62,265 nt of DNA from Bacillales bacterium UBA1737 (GTDB lineage: Bacteria; Bacillota_I; Bacilli_A; ML615J-28; CAG-313): NCBI GenBank assembly GCA_002315915.1, contig DCIB01000024.1:1-62265 (forward strand). The letters are read 5' to 3'. Shown piece after piece: positions 28,181-39,822 of this stretch; within the stretch, counting starts at the first letter, position 1, and each line of letters opens with the position of its first letter. The notes below the pieces were generated by a model. That model made no database searches. It was not told where the DNA came from and saw only the letters and a program-made list of their open reading frames with translations. The translations under genes and the position numbers were made by a program.

Positions 28181-28224
28181 AAAAAAAAAAAAAAATCAAT
28201 CTATTCGTTAAAAATAGATTGATT
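28181..28224 (-). terminator. Rho-independent terminator of the rsmB-rlmN-rsgA-rpe operon
   Basis: 12-bp stem aatcaatctatt/aatagattgatt followed on the minus strand by a 15-nt T run (A15 at 28181-28195 on the plus strand). Confidence 0.85.
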
Positions 28225-28227
28225 ATG

Positions 28228-28875
28228 CTATTTAAAGTTTGATATAGTATTAATTATATTTATTTTATTATTTTCATTAATAAAAGAAGTACCCATAACA
28301 ACTATATCACAACCAGCTTTATATAATTTATATGCGATATCTTTATTTATTCCGCCATCAACTTCAATTTGATAATCAAAATCAAGTGATTCTGCTCTTA
28401 AATTATCTAAGTATTCTACTTTATCTAATGCCGATTCTATAAATTTTTGACCACCAAATCCTGGTTCAACACTCATAATTAATATTTGATCTACTAAATG
28501 TAAGTATGGTTTTAAAACAGATACATCAGTATTTGGTTTAATTGATATTCCACATTTAGCTCCCATAGAATGAATCTTTTGAATCATTTTATGTGGATCT
28601 TTAACTGCTTCAAAGTGAAAAGTAATAATATCCGATCCTGCTTTATAAAATTCTCTATATACATCTTGCGGAGATTCAACCATTAGATGAGTATCAAATA
28701 CAAAATTATGATGAGCTATTTCTTTTTGTAAATCATAACTTCTTGTTGTATTTGATACAAATTTACCATCCATAATATCTAAATGAAGATATATTATTCC
28801 TATTTTTTCTAATTCATTTAATAATTCTTCTAATTTATTTGGATCAGCATTTAAAATTGAAGGTGCAATAATCAT
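28228..28875 (-). CDS. rpe: Ribulose-phosphate 3-epimerase
   Basis: MIIAPSILNAD, HLDIMDG, MSVEPGFGGQ and VDGGI motifs. Confidence 0.92.
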   Translation of the reverse strand: MIIAPSILNADPNKLEELLNELEKIGIIYLHLDIMDGKFVSNTTRSYDLQKEIAHHNFVFDTHLMVESPQDVYREFYKAGSDIITFHFEAVKDPHKMIQKIHSMGAKCGISIKPNTDVSVLKPYLHLVDQILIMSVEPGFGGQKFIESALDKVEYLDNLRAESLDFDYQIEVDGGINKDIAYKLYKAGCDIVVMGTSFINENNKINIINTISNFK

Positions 28876-28889
28876 AATTACTCCTATTA

Positions 28890-29774
28890 TTAATATTTAT
28901 TTTTAGATTTTTTTATTTCTTCAATAAACAATTTATAATTATCATATCTTGATTTCAAGATATGATTTTTATTTACTTCATCTTTAACCATACAAAATGG
29001 TTCATTGATATGTAAGCATGGTTTATATTTACACATATTGCTTACTTTAAAAAATTCAACAAAATTTTGAGATAATGATAATTCATCAATATCATTAAAA
29101 CTTATAGTTCCAAATCCTGGAGTATCAGCTACATATCCATCAAATATCTTATATAAAGTAACAGACGTAGTAGTATGTTTGCCTCTAGATAATGAAATAG
29201 ATATTTCATTTGTATCTAAGTTTAAAGTAGGATCTAATATATTTAAGATACTGCTCTTTCCAACCCCACTTTGTCCTGTAAATACAGTTATTTTGTTATT
29301 TAAAAGAGGGATTAATTCTTTTATTGATGAATCAAGTTTAGAGGTTTTAATAGTTGTATAACCAATATTATTATAATAATCAATAATTTGATTATTATAA
29401 TCTAATTCTTCTTTATTTAATAAATCCATTTTAGAAAATATAATAATAGGTTTAATATTATTAAATTCTAATGTTACTAAGAATTTATCTAATAGATTTA
29501 AATTTAATAAAGGTTCTTTAACACTAAAAACTATACATACTTGATCTACATTAGATATATTTGGTCTAATAAGGTCATTTCTTCTATTATATACTTTTTC
29601 TATTATTGCGTTATTATCATCCAGTAATGAATATTCAATAATATCGCCAACTTTTGGAATTATTGATTTAATTTTTAATACACCACGAGGTTTTGATATA
29701 TAGATATTATTAGTATTAATATCAGATATAGTATATGTTCCTGCTATAAAGGAAGTAATTATTGCTTTAGGCAT
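28890..29774 (-). CDS. rsgA: Ribosome small-subunit-dependent GTPase A
   Basis: Circularly permuted GTPase with SKMDLL (NKxD-like) before GQSGVGKSS, and a C-terminal Cys/His zinc motif CKYKPCLH. Confidence 0.9.
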   Translation of the reverse strand: MPKAIITSFIAGTYTISDINTNNIYISKPRGVLKIKSIIPKVGDIIEYSLLDDNNAIIEKVYNRRNDLIRPNISNVDQVCIVFSVKEPLLNLNLLDKFLVTLEFNNIKPIIIFSKMDLLNKEELDYNNQIIDYYNNIGYTTIKTSKLDSSIKELIPLLNNKITVFTGQSGVGKSSILNILDPTLNLDTNEISISLSRGKHTTTSVTLYKIFDGYVADTPGFGTISFNDIDELSLSQNFVEFFKVSNMCKYKPCLHINEPFCMVKDEVNKNHILKSRYDNYKLFIEEIKKSKNKY

Positions 29775-30813
29775 TATTTACCTCTTTCATATGTTTAGCT
29801 CTTAACTGTCCACATGCAGCATCAATATCATCACCATGTTTAACACGTAGTGTTGCATTTATGCCTTCATCATATAATACTTTAAAGAATTTTTCAGCCT
29901 TTTCATGAGGTGTTGTTTCAAATATATCTTCACTAACTGGATTATATGGTATTAAATTAACATAAGCATTTAATCCTTTTATTAATTTAGAAAGTTCTTT
30001 AGCATTATCAATTGAATCATTAATACCTTTAATTAAGATATATTCAAAAGTAATTCTTCTAGATGTTTTATCAAAGTAATATTTTAATGCATCTATCAAT
30101 TCTTCTATAGGATAAGCTTTATTAATCTTCATTAATTTAGATCTTAATTCATTATTTGGAGCATGTAAACTAACTGCAAGATTTATCTGTAATGGAAAGT
30201 CAGCAAATTCTTTTATTTTAGGTACTATACCACAAGTAGAAACAGTTATATGACGAGATCCTATTTCTAATCCTTTTGCATAATTTACTACATTTAAGAA
30301 TTTAATTAAAGTATCATAATTATCAAAAGGTTCTCCTATACCCATTACAACAATATTAGAAATTCTTTCATTAGTTTTATCTAAAATATGTTGAGCTGTT
30401 ACAACTTGTAAAACCATTTCTTCTAAAGATAGTTTTCTAACACATCCCATTTTACCTGATGCGCAGAAAACACATCCCATATTACAACCTATTTCACTAG
30501 ATACACAAATACTATTTCCATAATTAAATTTCATTAAAACAGATTCAATAAAAGATCCATCATCTAATTTAAACAAAAATTTCTTAGTTCCATCACTTGA
30601 TTCTTGAATAGTTTCAATATCTAAAAGTTTTATATAAAAATTATTTTCTAATTTTTCAATTAATGATTTAGATAAATTTGTCATATCAGAAAAAGATGTT
30701 ACTCTTATTCTATATAACCATTCAAATATTTGAGTAGCATGAAACTTCTTTTCATTTATAGATAATAAATATTGTTCTAATTCATTAAGTGTTAAATTAA
30801 AAATATTCACCAT
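29767..30813 (-). CDS. rlmN: 23S rRNA/tRNA A2503 methyltransferase (radical SAM)
   Basis: GCNMGCVFCASG cluster motif, MGIGEP, and a C-terminal AACGQL motif. Confidence 0.9.
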   Translation of the reverse strand: MVNIFNLTLNELEQYLLSINEKKFHATQIFEWLYRIRVTSFSDMTNLSKSLIEKLENNFYIKLLDIETIQESSDGTKKFLFKLDDGSFIESVLMKFNYGNSICVSSEIGCNMGCVFCASGKMGCVRKLSLEEMVLQVVTAQHILDKTNERISNIVVMGIGEPFDNYDTLIKFLNVVNYAKGLEIGSRHITVSTCGIVPKIKEFADFPLQINLAVSLHAPNNELRSKLMKINKAYPIEELIDALKYYFDKTSRRITFEYILIKGINDSIDNAKELSKLIKGLNAYVNLIPYNPVSEDIFETTPHEKAEKFFKVLYDEGINATLRVKHGDDIDAACGQLRAKHMKEVNNA

Positions 30814-30815
30814 AC

Positions 30816-32042
30816 TTATTCCTTTATAAGTTTACATATATAAAATCCATCTGATTTATTTGAAGGATATATAATTTGCTCACAAACTTTAGTAAAATTA
30901 TTATTTTCTTTTAAAAATGAATCTATTTGATATTCATTTTCATATTTATTTATAGTACAAGTACTATATACTAATACTCCACCTTTTTTTAAATATTTTG
31001 ATGTATTAATTAATATTTTCCTTTGTAAAATAATAATATCATTAATATCATTTATAGAAATATTATATTTTAAGTCAGGTTTATGGTTAATAGTACCAAG
31101 ACCACTACATGGTACATCTAATAAAATCTTATCAAACAACATATTATAATTATATGTTGCTGCATCGGCAATAAATGTGTTAATTGATTTAAATCCTAAC
31201 TTATCTTTATTAAACTTTATCTTATTAAGTTTTTCTTCATAGATATCACAAGCATATATATATGATTTATCATTAGATAATTCAGCCATATATAAACTTT
31301 TACCACCAGGTGCACTACATGCATCTAGAATTAATTCATCTTCTTTTGGGTCTATCATAATAGAAGGAATAGTTGATGATTTATCTTGAGATATAATTAA
31401 TCCTTCTTGAAAAATAGTTGTATTAATAAGTGATTCTTTAGTATATAATATATTATTATCTAATTCATAATTTATATTATTATCTTTTAAAAATAATAAT
31501 ACAACTTCTTTATTTTTATCTATATGACATATTCTATATGAATTATATACTTCATCAATAGTATAGAAATCTATTATTTTATTATTATATTGTTCATATA
31601 ATAAATTAACAATATCTAAAGGTATAGATAAATTAATAGATAATTTATCAATATTATTACCTTTTACCTCTTTTATACCATCTCTTATAAACGATCTTAA
31701 AACCCAATTAACAAATTTAGATGCGTTAAAATCAATATCTTTAATTATTTTAACTATTTCATTAACTATATAATAATCTTTTAAATTAAGAAATATGATT
31801 GAATATATACCACATCTTAACGCATTTTTAAATAAAGGTTTTACTCTTTTACCAGATGTATATGTAGATAATTCATAATCAATATATAATTTCTTTTCAA
31901 CAACTCCATATATTATTTTAGTATATAATCTTTTTTCATGATCATCATAATTACTTTTTTGTAATCTCTCATCAACTGTTACATTCAAGTATGCATTATG
32001 ATGTAAGACATTAACTAAATCATTAAATAAATCTAAAAACAT
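30816..32042 (-). CDS. rsmB: 16S rRNA m5C methyltransferase RsmB/Sun family
   Basis: DACSAPGGKS SAM motif, DVPCSGLG, YSTCT catalytic Cys, and an N-terminal NusB-like region. Confidence 0.85.
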   Translation of the reverse strand: MFLDLFNDLVNVLHHNAYLNVTVDERLQKSNYDDHEKRLYTKIIYGVVEKKLYIDYELSTYTSGKRVKPLFKNALRCGIYSIIFLNLKDYYIVNEIVKIIKDIDFNASKFVNWVLRSFIRDGIKEVKGNNIDKLSINLSIPLDIVNLLYEQYNNKIIDFYTIDEVYNSYRICHIDKNKEVVLLFLKDNNINYELDNNILYTKESLINTTIFQEGLIISQDKSSTIPSIMIDPKEDELILDACSAPGGKSLYMAELSNDKSYIYACDIYEEKLNKIKFNKDKLGFKSINTFIADAATYNYNMLFDKILLDVPCSGLGTINHKPDLKYNISINDINDIIILQRKILINTSKYLKKGGVLVYSTCTINKYENEYQIDSFLKENNNFTKVCEQIIYPSNKSDGFYICKLIKE

Positions 32043-32626
32043 ATAACATCAGTTGATAAATAATCAAAATATAAGAAACCTAAATATTCATATTCTTTAT
32101 TAAAACTAAAATCATCAGTTTCTTTTATATAAGTTTTGAAAATACCCATAATATCATCTAAATCATCCTCAGATAAACAAATATTATCTAATTTTTCTAT
32201 TATAGTATTTTTATAAACATCATTTTTTATATTTTTAGCTATTTCTAACATATATTCACAAAGAACTGGTTTAGATGTTTTTTTCTTTAAGGACTTTTTA
32301 TATGAATAATATTCATCTATTTGTTCCATTTTCTTTGTTTCAATAAAAGAAAGTGCTGTTAAAGTAAATTTAGGATAAACACTATCTTTAAATTCAAGTA
32401 TTAAATCTTGTAATGTATAATAATCATTTACAAGTTTATTACATATAAGAGTATCCCATACTGCTTTTGGAGCATTTTCATTTATATTTTTTACAAGTGT
32501 AATAATTGAATCTAAACATAATAATTCATCTTCTGTTAGATTATATAAAGATAATAATCTAAATATACATAATGTTTTATATTGAATATTAATATATTTT
32601 TTTATATCATCTATTTGTTTGCTCAT
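32033..32626 (-). CDS. Hypothetical protein (first gene of the rsmB operon)
   Basis: 197-aa ORF in an AT-rich context. 10-nt overlap with rsmB. No recognisable motif. Confidence 0.5.
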   Translation of the reverse strand: MSKQIDDIKKYINIQYKTLCIFRLLSLYNLTEDELLCLDSIITLVKNINENAPKAVWDTLICNKLVNDYYTLQDLILEFKDSVYPKFTLTALSFIETKKMEQIDEYYSYKKSLKKKTSKPVLCEYMLEIAKNIKNDVYKNTIIEKLDNICLSEDDLDDIMGIFKTYIKETDDFSFNKEYEYLGFLYFDYLSTDVICF

Positions 32627-32707
32627 ATTTTTGCTCCTAATTATTTATATTATACAAAAATAATCACTTATTTTCCATTTTAGTAAATAGTGTATAAGAA
32701 AAAATAA

Positions 32708-32736
32708 TTGAATATAGATCATTATTTTGATAAAAT
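32708..32736 (+). promoter_or_regulatory. Sigma-A-type promoter for lgt
   Basis: TTGAAT, a 17-nt spacer, then TAAAAT preceded by TGa. Confidence 0.6.
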
Positions 32737-32761
32737 ATTGCATATAGGAGATTTATAAATT

Positions 32762-33792
32762 ATGCAAAAAATAATTGATGATATTACATCATATTTTCAA
32801 AATTATGAATTAGAAGATCATATGTATGGAATAATGCTTTCAATTGGAGTAATTATTCTAGCGTTATTCTACTTAAGAAGAATGGCAAAACTAGGGGCTA
32901 CAGAAAAAGAATTAGATTTATTCACATATCACGGATTAGCATCTGGTGCTGTTGCATATATCGGAGCAGCTTTCTTCCAATCAATATGGAGTTGGCTTGC
33001 CCGTGGAGCACAAGTTGGACAACCATTTTCATTTAGTTGGACAGGAATAACTTTTGAAGGTGGCGTACTATCAGCAATGATATTCTTCCTATTAACATTT
33101 CCATTTTTCTTTAAAAAATATTATAAACATGGTCTATATTATATGGATCAAGTAGTAATGGGTATATTAATAGCTCATGTATTCGGTAGAATTGGTTGTT
33201 GGTATGCTGGATGTTGTTATGGAAAACATGCAACAGTAGAATGGATGGAATGGTTAACAGTACCTTATTTAAGAAATGGTATTGATAGAGGTAATATTTA
33301 TCCTACACAATTAATAGAAGCTATATATTTACTTATATCATTTATTGTATTTGTATTATGTTTTAAAAAGAATCAATCAGAACGTTACGTAATTTCATAT
33401 GGAGTATATAGATTCTTTGCAGAATACTTAAGAGGTGACTTCAGAGGTAATTCACCATTTGGCGATTTGACACCTTCTCAATTTATGTCTATTATATGGG
33501 TATTATTTGGTGTTGTATTAATAATATTTAGAAAATTACAAAGAAATAAAGAAATAAAAGAATATAATAATTTAAAAGATAAATCATCATTTGAAAAACC
33601 TACACTATATTATCATGAATCATTTAAAGGATTATTTAAAGGAATCTTTAAACCTTGTAAATGTGAAAAATGTAATAAAAATATGAAACTTAAATTCAAA
33701 AGTGTTGTATCAGATTTTGATATAGTATCCAAAAAAATTGATGCCCACCTTATTTATCAATGTAAATGTGGTGAAGAAAAAGAAATAAAATA

Positions 33793-33793
<1 letters not shown>
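32762..33793 (+). CDS. lgt: Prolipoprotein diacylglyceryl transferase with a C-terminal zinc-ribbon-like tail
   Basis: HVFGRIGCWYAGCCYGK and YPTQLIEA motifs of Lgt. It carries an extra soluble tail of roughly 85 aa that contains CKCEKC...CKCG. Confidence 0.85.
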
Positions 33794-35118
<1,325 letters not shown>

Positions 35119-37041
35119 CTATTTAGAATAATTTTCCATTATATAATCTAATACACAATCATAAATCATATTTTGAGTATTAGTATAAGAAATACTAGAT
35201 GTAACAGATGTATTAAGATTATTATTAAATACATAATCAATCATAGCTACTTTATATGTTTTAGTATTAGATATTGATGTAGATGAAGGACAATTAGAAT
35301 AACATGAACTACTTAATTTAGTCATTATTGTTTTTAATTTTGAACCTGTTATTTCCATATAATAAACACAGTTTTCAAAAGGGAATACCTTTTTTACATC
35401 AGCTAAAGTAATATCACCAGCGGCAATCACATCTCTTACACCACCTGTATTAATAAAGCCATATTGAGCACCAGTTAATTCACACATAGTTTCTATTGCA
35501 ATATCACCCATATCTTCTTTCGTTAATTTTGATGATGTATATCCAATTGATTGTTTAGATGCAGCAATAATATCTGCATAATTATCTTGAATATCTAATA
35601 TATTTTGATCAGAAACTTCATCATAAACAGTATAATGTTTAAAGCTAGATGATGTGGCTTTACCATTACTAATAGTAATAGATAATGTTCCGACATTTTT
35701 ATTTTTAGTATAAGATTGTAAAACAGGCATACTATAATTATCAGATCTAGTTATTGTTTCTTGAATTGATTCATGAGTATGAGCACATAATACACCATCA
35801 ATTAAAGAATCACCTGATAATGCAGCAAGCTCTTCTAAAGTTGATTGATAATATTCATGAATTGAAACAATTACACAATCACAATCTTCTTCAGTTCTTA
35901 ATTCTTTTGCTAATTCTTCAATAAGTGGTACTGGATCAACAAATTTATAATTACCTAAACTTGATGCAGCTATTGAATTAGTTAAGTTTTCTCCAATAGC
36001 TCCAATAATACCTACTTTTAAACCATTATTTTCAACAATAACATAATCATCAATCCAACAAGGTTTTTGATTGGTTGTTTTATTAACAATATTACAACCT
36101 AAAAACTTACAATTTAATTCACCATCAGATGCATCACCGTTTTTGTATTTCGCAATAGTATCTAATCCCCAGTCAAACTCATGGTTTCCAATAACAAAAC
36201 AATCAAATTCCATTAGATTTAATATATCTATAAATACTTTACCTTGAGACATATTAGAAACATATTCACCTTGGAATAAATCGCCATTTGCAACCTTTAT
36301 ATAAGAAGTAGTATTTTCTAATCTTTTAATTAGAGTAGATACTTTATCTAAACCAGTTAAATTAGCATCTTCATCAGTAAATGCAGCTCCATGAGTATCA
36401 TTAATTGAAAATATATTTACTGTTCCACTATTAGTTTTAGTAAATGTTGATGTGCCACGTGCTCCACATACGCATGAATAATAATATGTGTTACCACTTT
36501 TTAAGTATGATGAAGTAGTTACTTTTTGATTATATGTATGACTTAATTTACTTCCATATGTAAAAGTAGTTGTACCACATGCACCGCAAGAACAAGATTT
36601 ATAGTAAATAGCAGCGCTAGTACATGTTGCAGCTGACTTCAAATAATCAGTAGTTCGTACTTGACATGTATATGAATGAACATGTTCAGGTAATTTTGTA
36701 CCTTCTGCTTCAATTGTATCAGTAACCCCACATCTTACACAGGATCTAGTTTTTGTACCATTTTCTGTAGTAGTAGCATCATTATTATAAACATACTCTC
36801 CATAAGAATGACCTAAAGCAGTAGAATACTCAAAAGTATTGGCTCCTTTTTCACCACATGAACAAGAATAATAATATATAGCTCCATGAGTACAATTAGC
36901 ATCTTCACATAAAAATTCTCCAGATATTATCTTATGAGTGAACTCATGTTGATGATCATTAAAAATATTTAAAATAAAATCACATGAAGTAATAAATAAA
37001 GATAGTATTAAAGAAGTAATTATTAGTATTATTTTTTTCAT
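35119..37041 (-). CDS. Surface lipoprotein: Cys-rich repeat region fused to a 5'-nucleotidase/metallophosphatase
   Basis: Lipobox ITSC. About 185 aa of Cys-rich repeats. Then NDTHGA, GNHEFD and a C-terminal 5'-nucleotidase substrate-binding-like domain (FINTGGVR). Confidence 0.75.
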   Translation of the reverse strand: MKKIILIITSLILSLFITSCDFILNIFNDHQHEFTHKIISGEFLCEDANCTHGAIYYYSCSCGEKGANTFEYSTALGHSYGEYVYNNDATTTENGTKTRSCVRCGVTDTIEAEGTKLPEHVHSYTCQVRTTDYLKSAATCTSAAIYYKSCSCGACGTTTFTYGSKLSHTYNQKVTTSSYLKSGNTYYYSCVCGARGTSTFTKTNSGTVNIFSINDTHGAAFTDEDANLTGLDKVSTLIKRLENTTSYIKVANGDLFQGEYVSNMSQGKVFIDILNLMEFDCFVIGNHEFDWGLDTIAKYKNGDASDGELNCKFLGCNIVNKTTNQKPCWIDDYVIVENNGLKVGIIGAIGENLTNSIAASSLGNYKFVDPVPLIEELAKELRTEEDCDCVIVSIHEYYQSTLEELAALSGDSLIDGVLCAHTHESIQETITRSDNYSMPVLQSYTKNKNVGTLSITISNGKATSSSFKHYTVYDEVSDQNILDIQDNYADIIAASKQSIGYTSSKLTKEDMGDIAIETMCELTGAQYGFINTGGVRDVIAAGDITLADVKKVFPFENCVYYMEITGSKLKTIMTKLSSSCYSNCPSSTSISNTKTYKVAMIDYVFNNNLNTSVTSSISYTNTQNMIYDCVLDYIMENYSK

Positions 37042-37082
37042 ATATAATCTCTTTTCTTATCATATATATTTTAACATATATA

Positions 37083-37113
37083 TAAAAAAACGAGTATGCA
37101 TTAGCATACTCGT
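37083..37113 (-). terminator. Rho-independent terminator
   Basis: acgagtatgc/gcatactcgt stem, atta loop, then T7 on the minus strand. Confidence 0.85.
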
Positions 37114-37125
37114 ATATTTTATATA

Positions 37126-38448
37126 TTAAGCTTCAATTTCGTTTGCTTTCTTAGTTTTTACCATTGATATAACAAGAGGTATAAATGATACTAACATAAA
37201 TGCAGCGGCAGCTAAGAATAAATAATTATTTGGCATTTCTATAGTTTTTCCATCACCAGCATCATAAACAGTACCTAGAGTTTTAATTATAATTTGAGCT
37301 ACTAGAGGACCAATAATCATAGGGAAAAGATTATAGAATATTTGTCTTACTCCTTCTAAACCACCACGTTCGTTTTCAGGACATAAATTCTTAAACCAAG
37401 CATTTAAAGCTGATAAATTAACCATATATCCCAAACATGCAATAATTAATGCAATAGTAACTGTTGTAATTGTCATTGCAAAAGTTAACCAAATACATCC
37501 AACAATAGAAATACAAATAGAAATAAATGTAATTAAAGGTGCTTTACCATGGTTAGTTGGTTTTATAAATAAGAACGATAATCCTGTTGCAGCAAGCATA
37601 CCAATACCCATTATAATAGAACCCATTCCTTTAGTAAGTGGTTCTCCAGATATTTCAGGGAATGCATACCATAAATAGTTTGTTGCATAAGACATATATA
37701 CATTAAATCCACATGTATAAATACATAATGTCAATAATAATAATAGCATATCTTTAATAGCAAATATTTCTTTAAATTTAAATTGTTGTGCAAATTGTCC
37801 CCAAAATTTAGGATGAGTTACAGCAGGTTTTAAATCTTTATCATCTTTTAATAAGAATATAGCAATAACTCCACAAATTAAAACAACTCAACCAACAAAT
37901 GCAAATATTGGCATAAATGATCCAAATGCTTGAACAATAGTACCTTGTAAACCTTGAATAATAATATTAGCAACAATACTACAAGCACTTACAATTGTAG
38001 CTACAGTTCCACGATTTGTTTTATCAGAAATATCAGTAGTCCAAGGTTGGAATCCACCTGTAAATCCAAATGAACCCCAGAAAGACATAATAGAATCCAT
38101 TGCAACTACATAGAATGGAATAAACATTAAACCTTTATCTGTTTCAGGAATAAAATCTGCAAAGCCAAATAATATTGTAAAAATACCCCAGAAAATCATA
38201 CCAATAGTAATAATCTTTTGACGTTTACCAAGTCTATCAGATAATGTTCCACCTATAAATGATGCTAAAACTGTAAAAGCACCAGACATTGAAGTCATCC
38301 ATGTAATAACTTCTGATTTACCAGTCAATTCTAACGCATAAGCAGCAAAAGTAGAATTTTCAACTGCCCAACACAATTGACCTACAAGTCCAAACATAGT
38401 TATTAAAAACCAGTTCTTACGACTTAATACTTTTTTTGTATTTTCCAT
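37126..38448 (-). pseudogene. MFS transporter interrupted by one in-frame TGA (codon 187)
   Basis: ORFs 37888..38448 and 37126..37749 are in the same frame. The 46 codons between them contain no stop. The joined 440-aa product reads ...FAFVG-TGA-VVLICGVIAIFLLKDD...KFWGQF...MLLLLLTLC, a normal 6+6 TM MFS layout. An intact AAGGAGAG RBS and a terminator are present. Confidence 0.7.
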
Positions 38449-38520
38449 AAACTCTCCTTAATAAATATACATATATATTATATCTAATAAATATATCAAA
38501 TACCACTATACTTATAATTA

Positions 38521-38550
38521 AAAATAACAGACCAAAAGGGTCTGTTATTT
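38521..38550 (-). terminator. Rho-independent terminator
   Basis: 12-bp stem aaataacagacc/ggtctgttattt overlapping the stop of the oxidoreductase gene. Confidence 0.65.
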
Positions 38551-39813
38551 ATATAATTCTATTGGATTATATGGTTTTGAATTATTTAATCTTGATTCTT
38601 CAGCAGCCATAACTATCTTATGAGATTCTAATGTTTCCTTAATAGTAGTAACATCATCCTTACGTTTTATATCATCATATAATAAATCAACAAATGATTT
38701 GACTATTCTTAAATCAGCTTCTCCATGTCCAGGAATAAAAGGTATCGCAGGATGAATAGTTTTACTATATTTACCAAATACATTGATAATTATAGTTCTA
38801 TCATAATATATAATTTCACCTTTAGTACCCATAATATGACCAGATCTATGCATTTTCTTACTAAAAGCATTTAGAATATGATTAGCAGTAACACCATTTT
38901 CAAAATGCATATTAACTACTTGGTAATCACATACATCATTATCATTCAAATACACACATTTACCATAACTTGTATTATTTAAACATTTATACATATCAGT
39001 TTTTGTTGCGTTACACTTACCAGTCATAGTTCTATGATTATATTTAACAAATGTTGCTTTATAAAAAGGAGCAGTAAGATACGTCCATTCACAATCATAT
39101 GGACATTTATCTTTTACTTTACATCCTTTTAAACAATATTCTGTTGCTCCAACTGGTGCATTTGATTTATTAAAATATTTAAGTTCACCATAACTGGATA
39201 CACTATCACATCTAGAACCTATAAACCAATATAATAAATCTATATCATGACAACATTTAGCAAGTAATGCTGGAGTTGATGTATCACGTCTTTTCCAATT
39301 ACCTCTAACATATGAATGAGCAAAATGGAAATATCCAACATTTTCAGTATGATCTATATGAACTAAATCTCCAATTACTCCATCTTTTATAAAATCTTTT
39401 ATTTTAATAAAATAATTAGCATATCTTAAAACATGACAAACTATTAAATCTGCATTCTTTACTTTAGCAAGTTCATATAATTCTATACATTCATCTATAT
39501 TATCACTAACTGGTTTTTCTAACATTATTTTTTTATAACCAGTAATTAGAGCTTCTTTACATATTTCATAATGACTTTTATCTTGTGTAGATATAATTAA
39601 TCCATCAGATAACACACCAGCTTTAAAAAAATCAATAGTATTAGAAAAACATAAATCATTTTGAATATTATATTTTGGTTTAAAATCAATAATTGCTTGA
39701 GGATTAATATCACATATTGCTTTAATATAAGCTTTTTTCTTATAAAAAAGCTTAATAAAAGACATATATTCAGTTCCTCTATTACCAAGACCAATAACAG
39801 ATATACTTTTCAT
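38545..39813 (-). CDS. Gfo/Idh/MocA-family NAD(P)-dependent oxidoreductase
   Basis: N-terminal Rossmann motif ISVIGLGNRG and the EKP motif (MLEKPVS). 422 aa with a Cys-rich C-terminal domain. Confidence 0.8.
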   Translation of the reverse strand: MKSISVIGLGNRGTEYMSFIKLFYKKKAYIKAICDINPQAIIDFKPKYNIQNDLCFSNTIDFFKAGVLSDGLIISTQDKSHYEICKEALITGYKKIMLEKPVSDNIDECIELYELAKVKNADLIVCHVLRYANYFIKIKDFIKDGVIGDLVHIDHTENVGYFHFAHSYVRGNWKRRDTSTPALLAKCCHDIDLLYWFIGSRCDSVSSYGELKYFNKSNAPVGATEYCLKGCKVKDKCPYDCEWTYLTAPFYKATFVKYNHRTMTGKCNATKTDMYKCLNNTSYGKCVYLNDNDVCDYQVVNMHFENGVTANHILNAFSKKMHRSGHIMGTKGEIIYYDRTIIINVFGKYSKTIHPAIPFIPGHGEADLRIVKSFVDLLYDDIKRKDDVTTIKETLESHKIVMAAEESRLNNSKPYNPIELYK

Positions 39814-39822
39814 AATAATCTC

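Noticed and set aside
28181-28195. 15-nt A homopolymer as a possible phase-variable or slippage element.
   Set aside because: It is intergenic and forms the U-tract of a strong 12-bp terminator hairpin on the minus strand, directly after rpe. No ORF depends on its length.
37850-37890. Selenocysteine recoding at the in-frame TGA of the MFS transporter.
   Set aside because: I see no stable stem-loop directly downstream of the TGA on the coding strand; the sequence is AT-rich and unstructured. The codon sits inside a transmembrane helix where Sec has no plausible role. No selenoprotein-type context is present.
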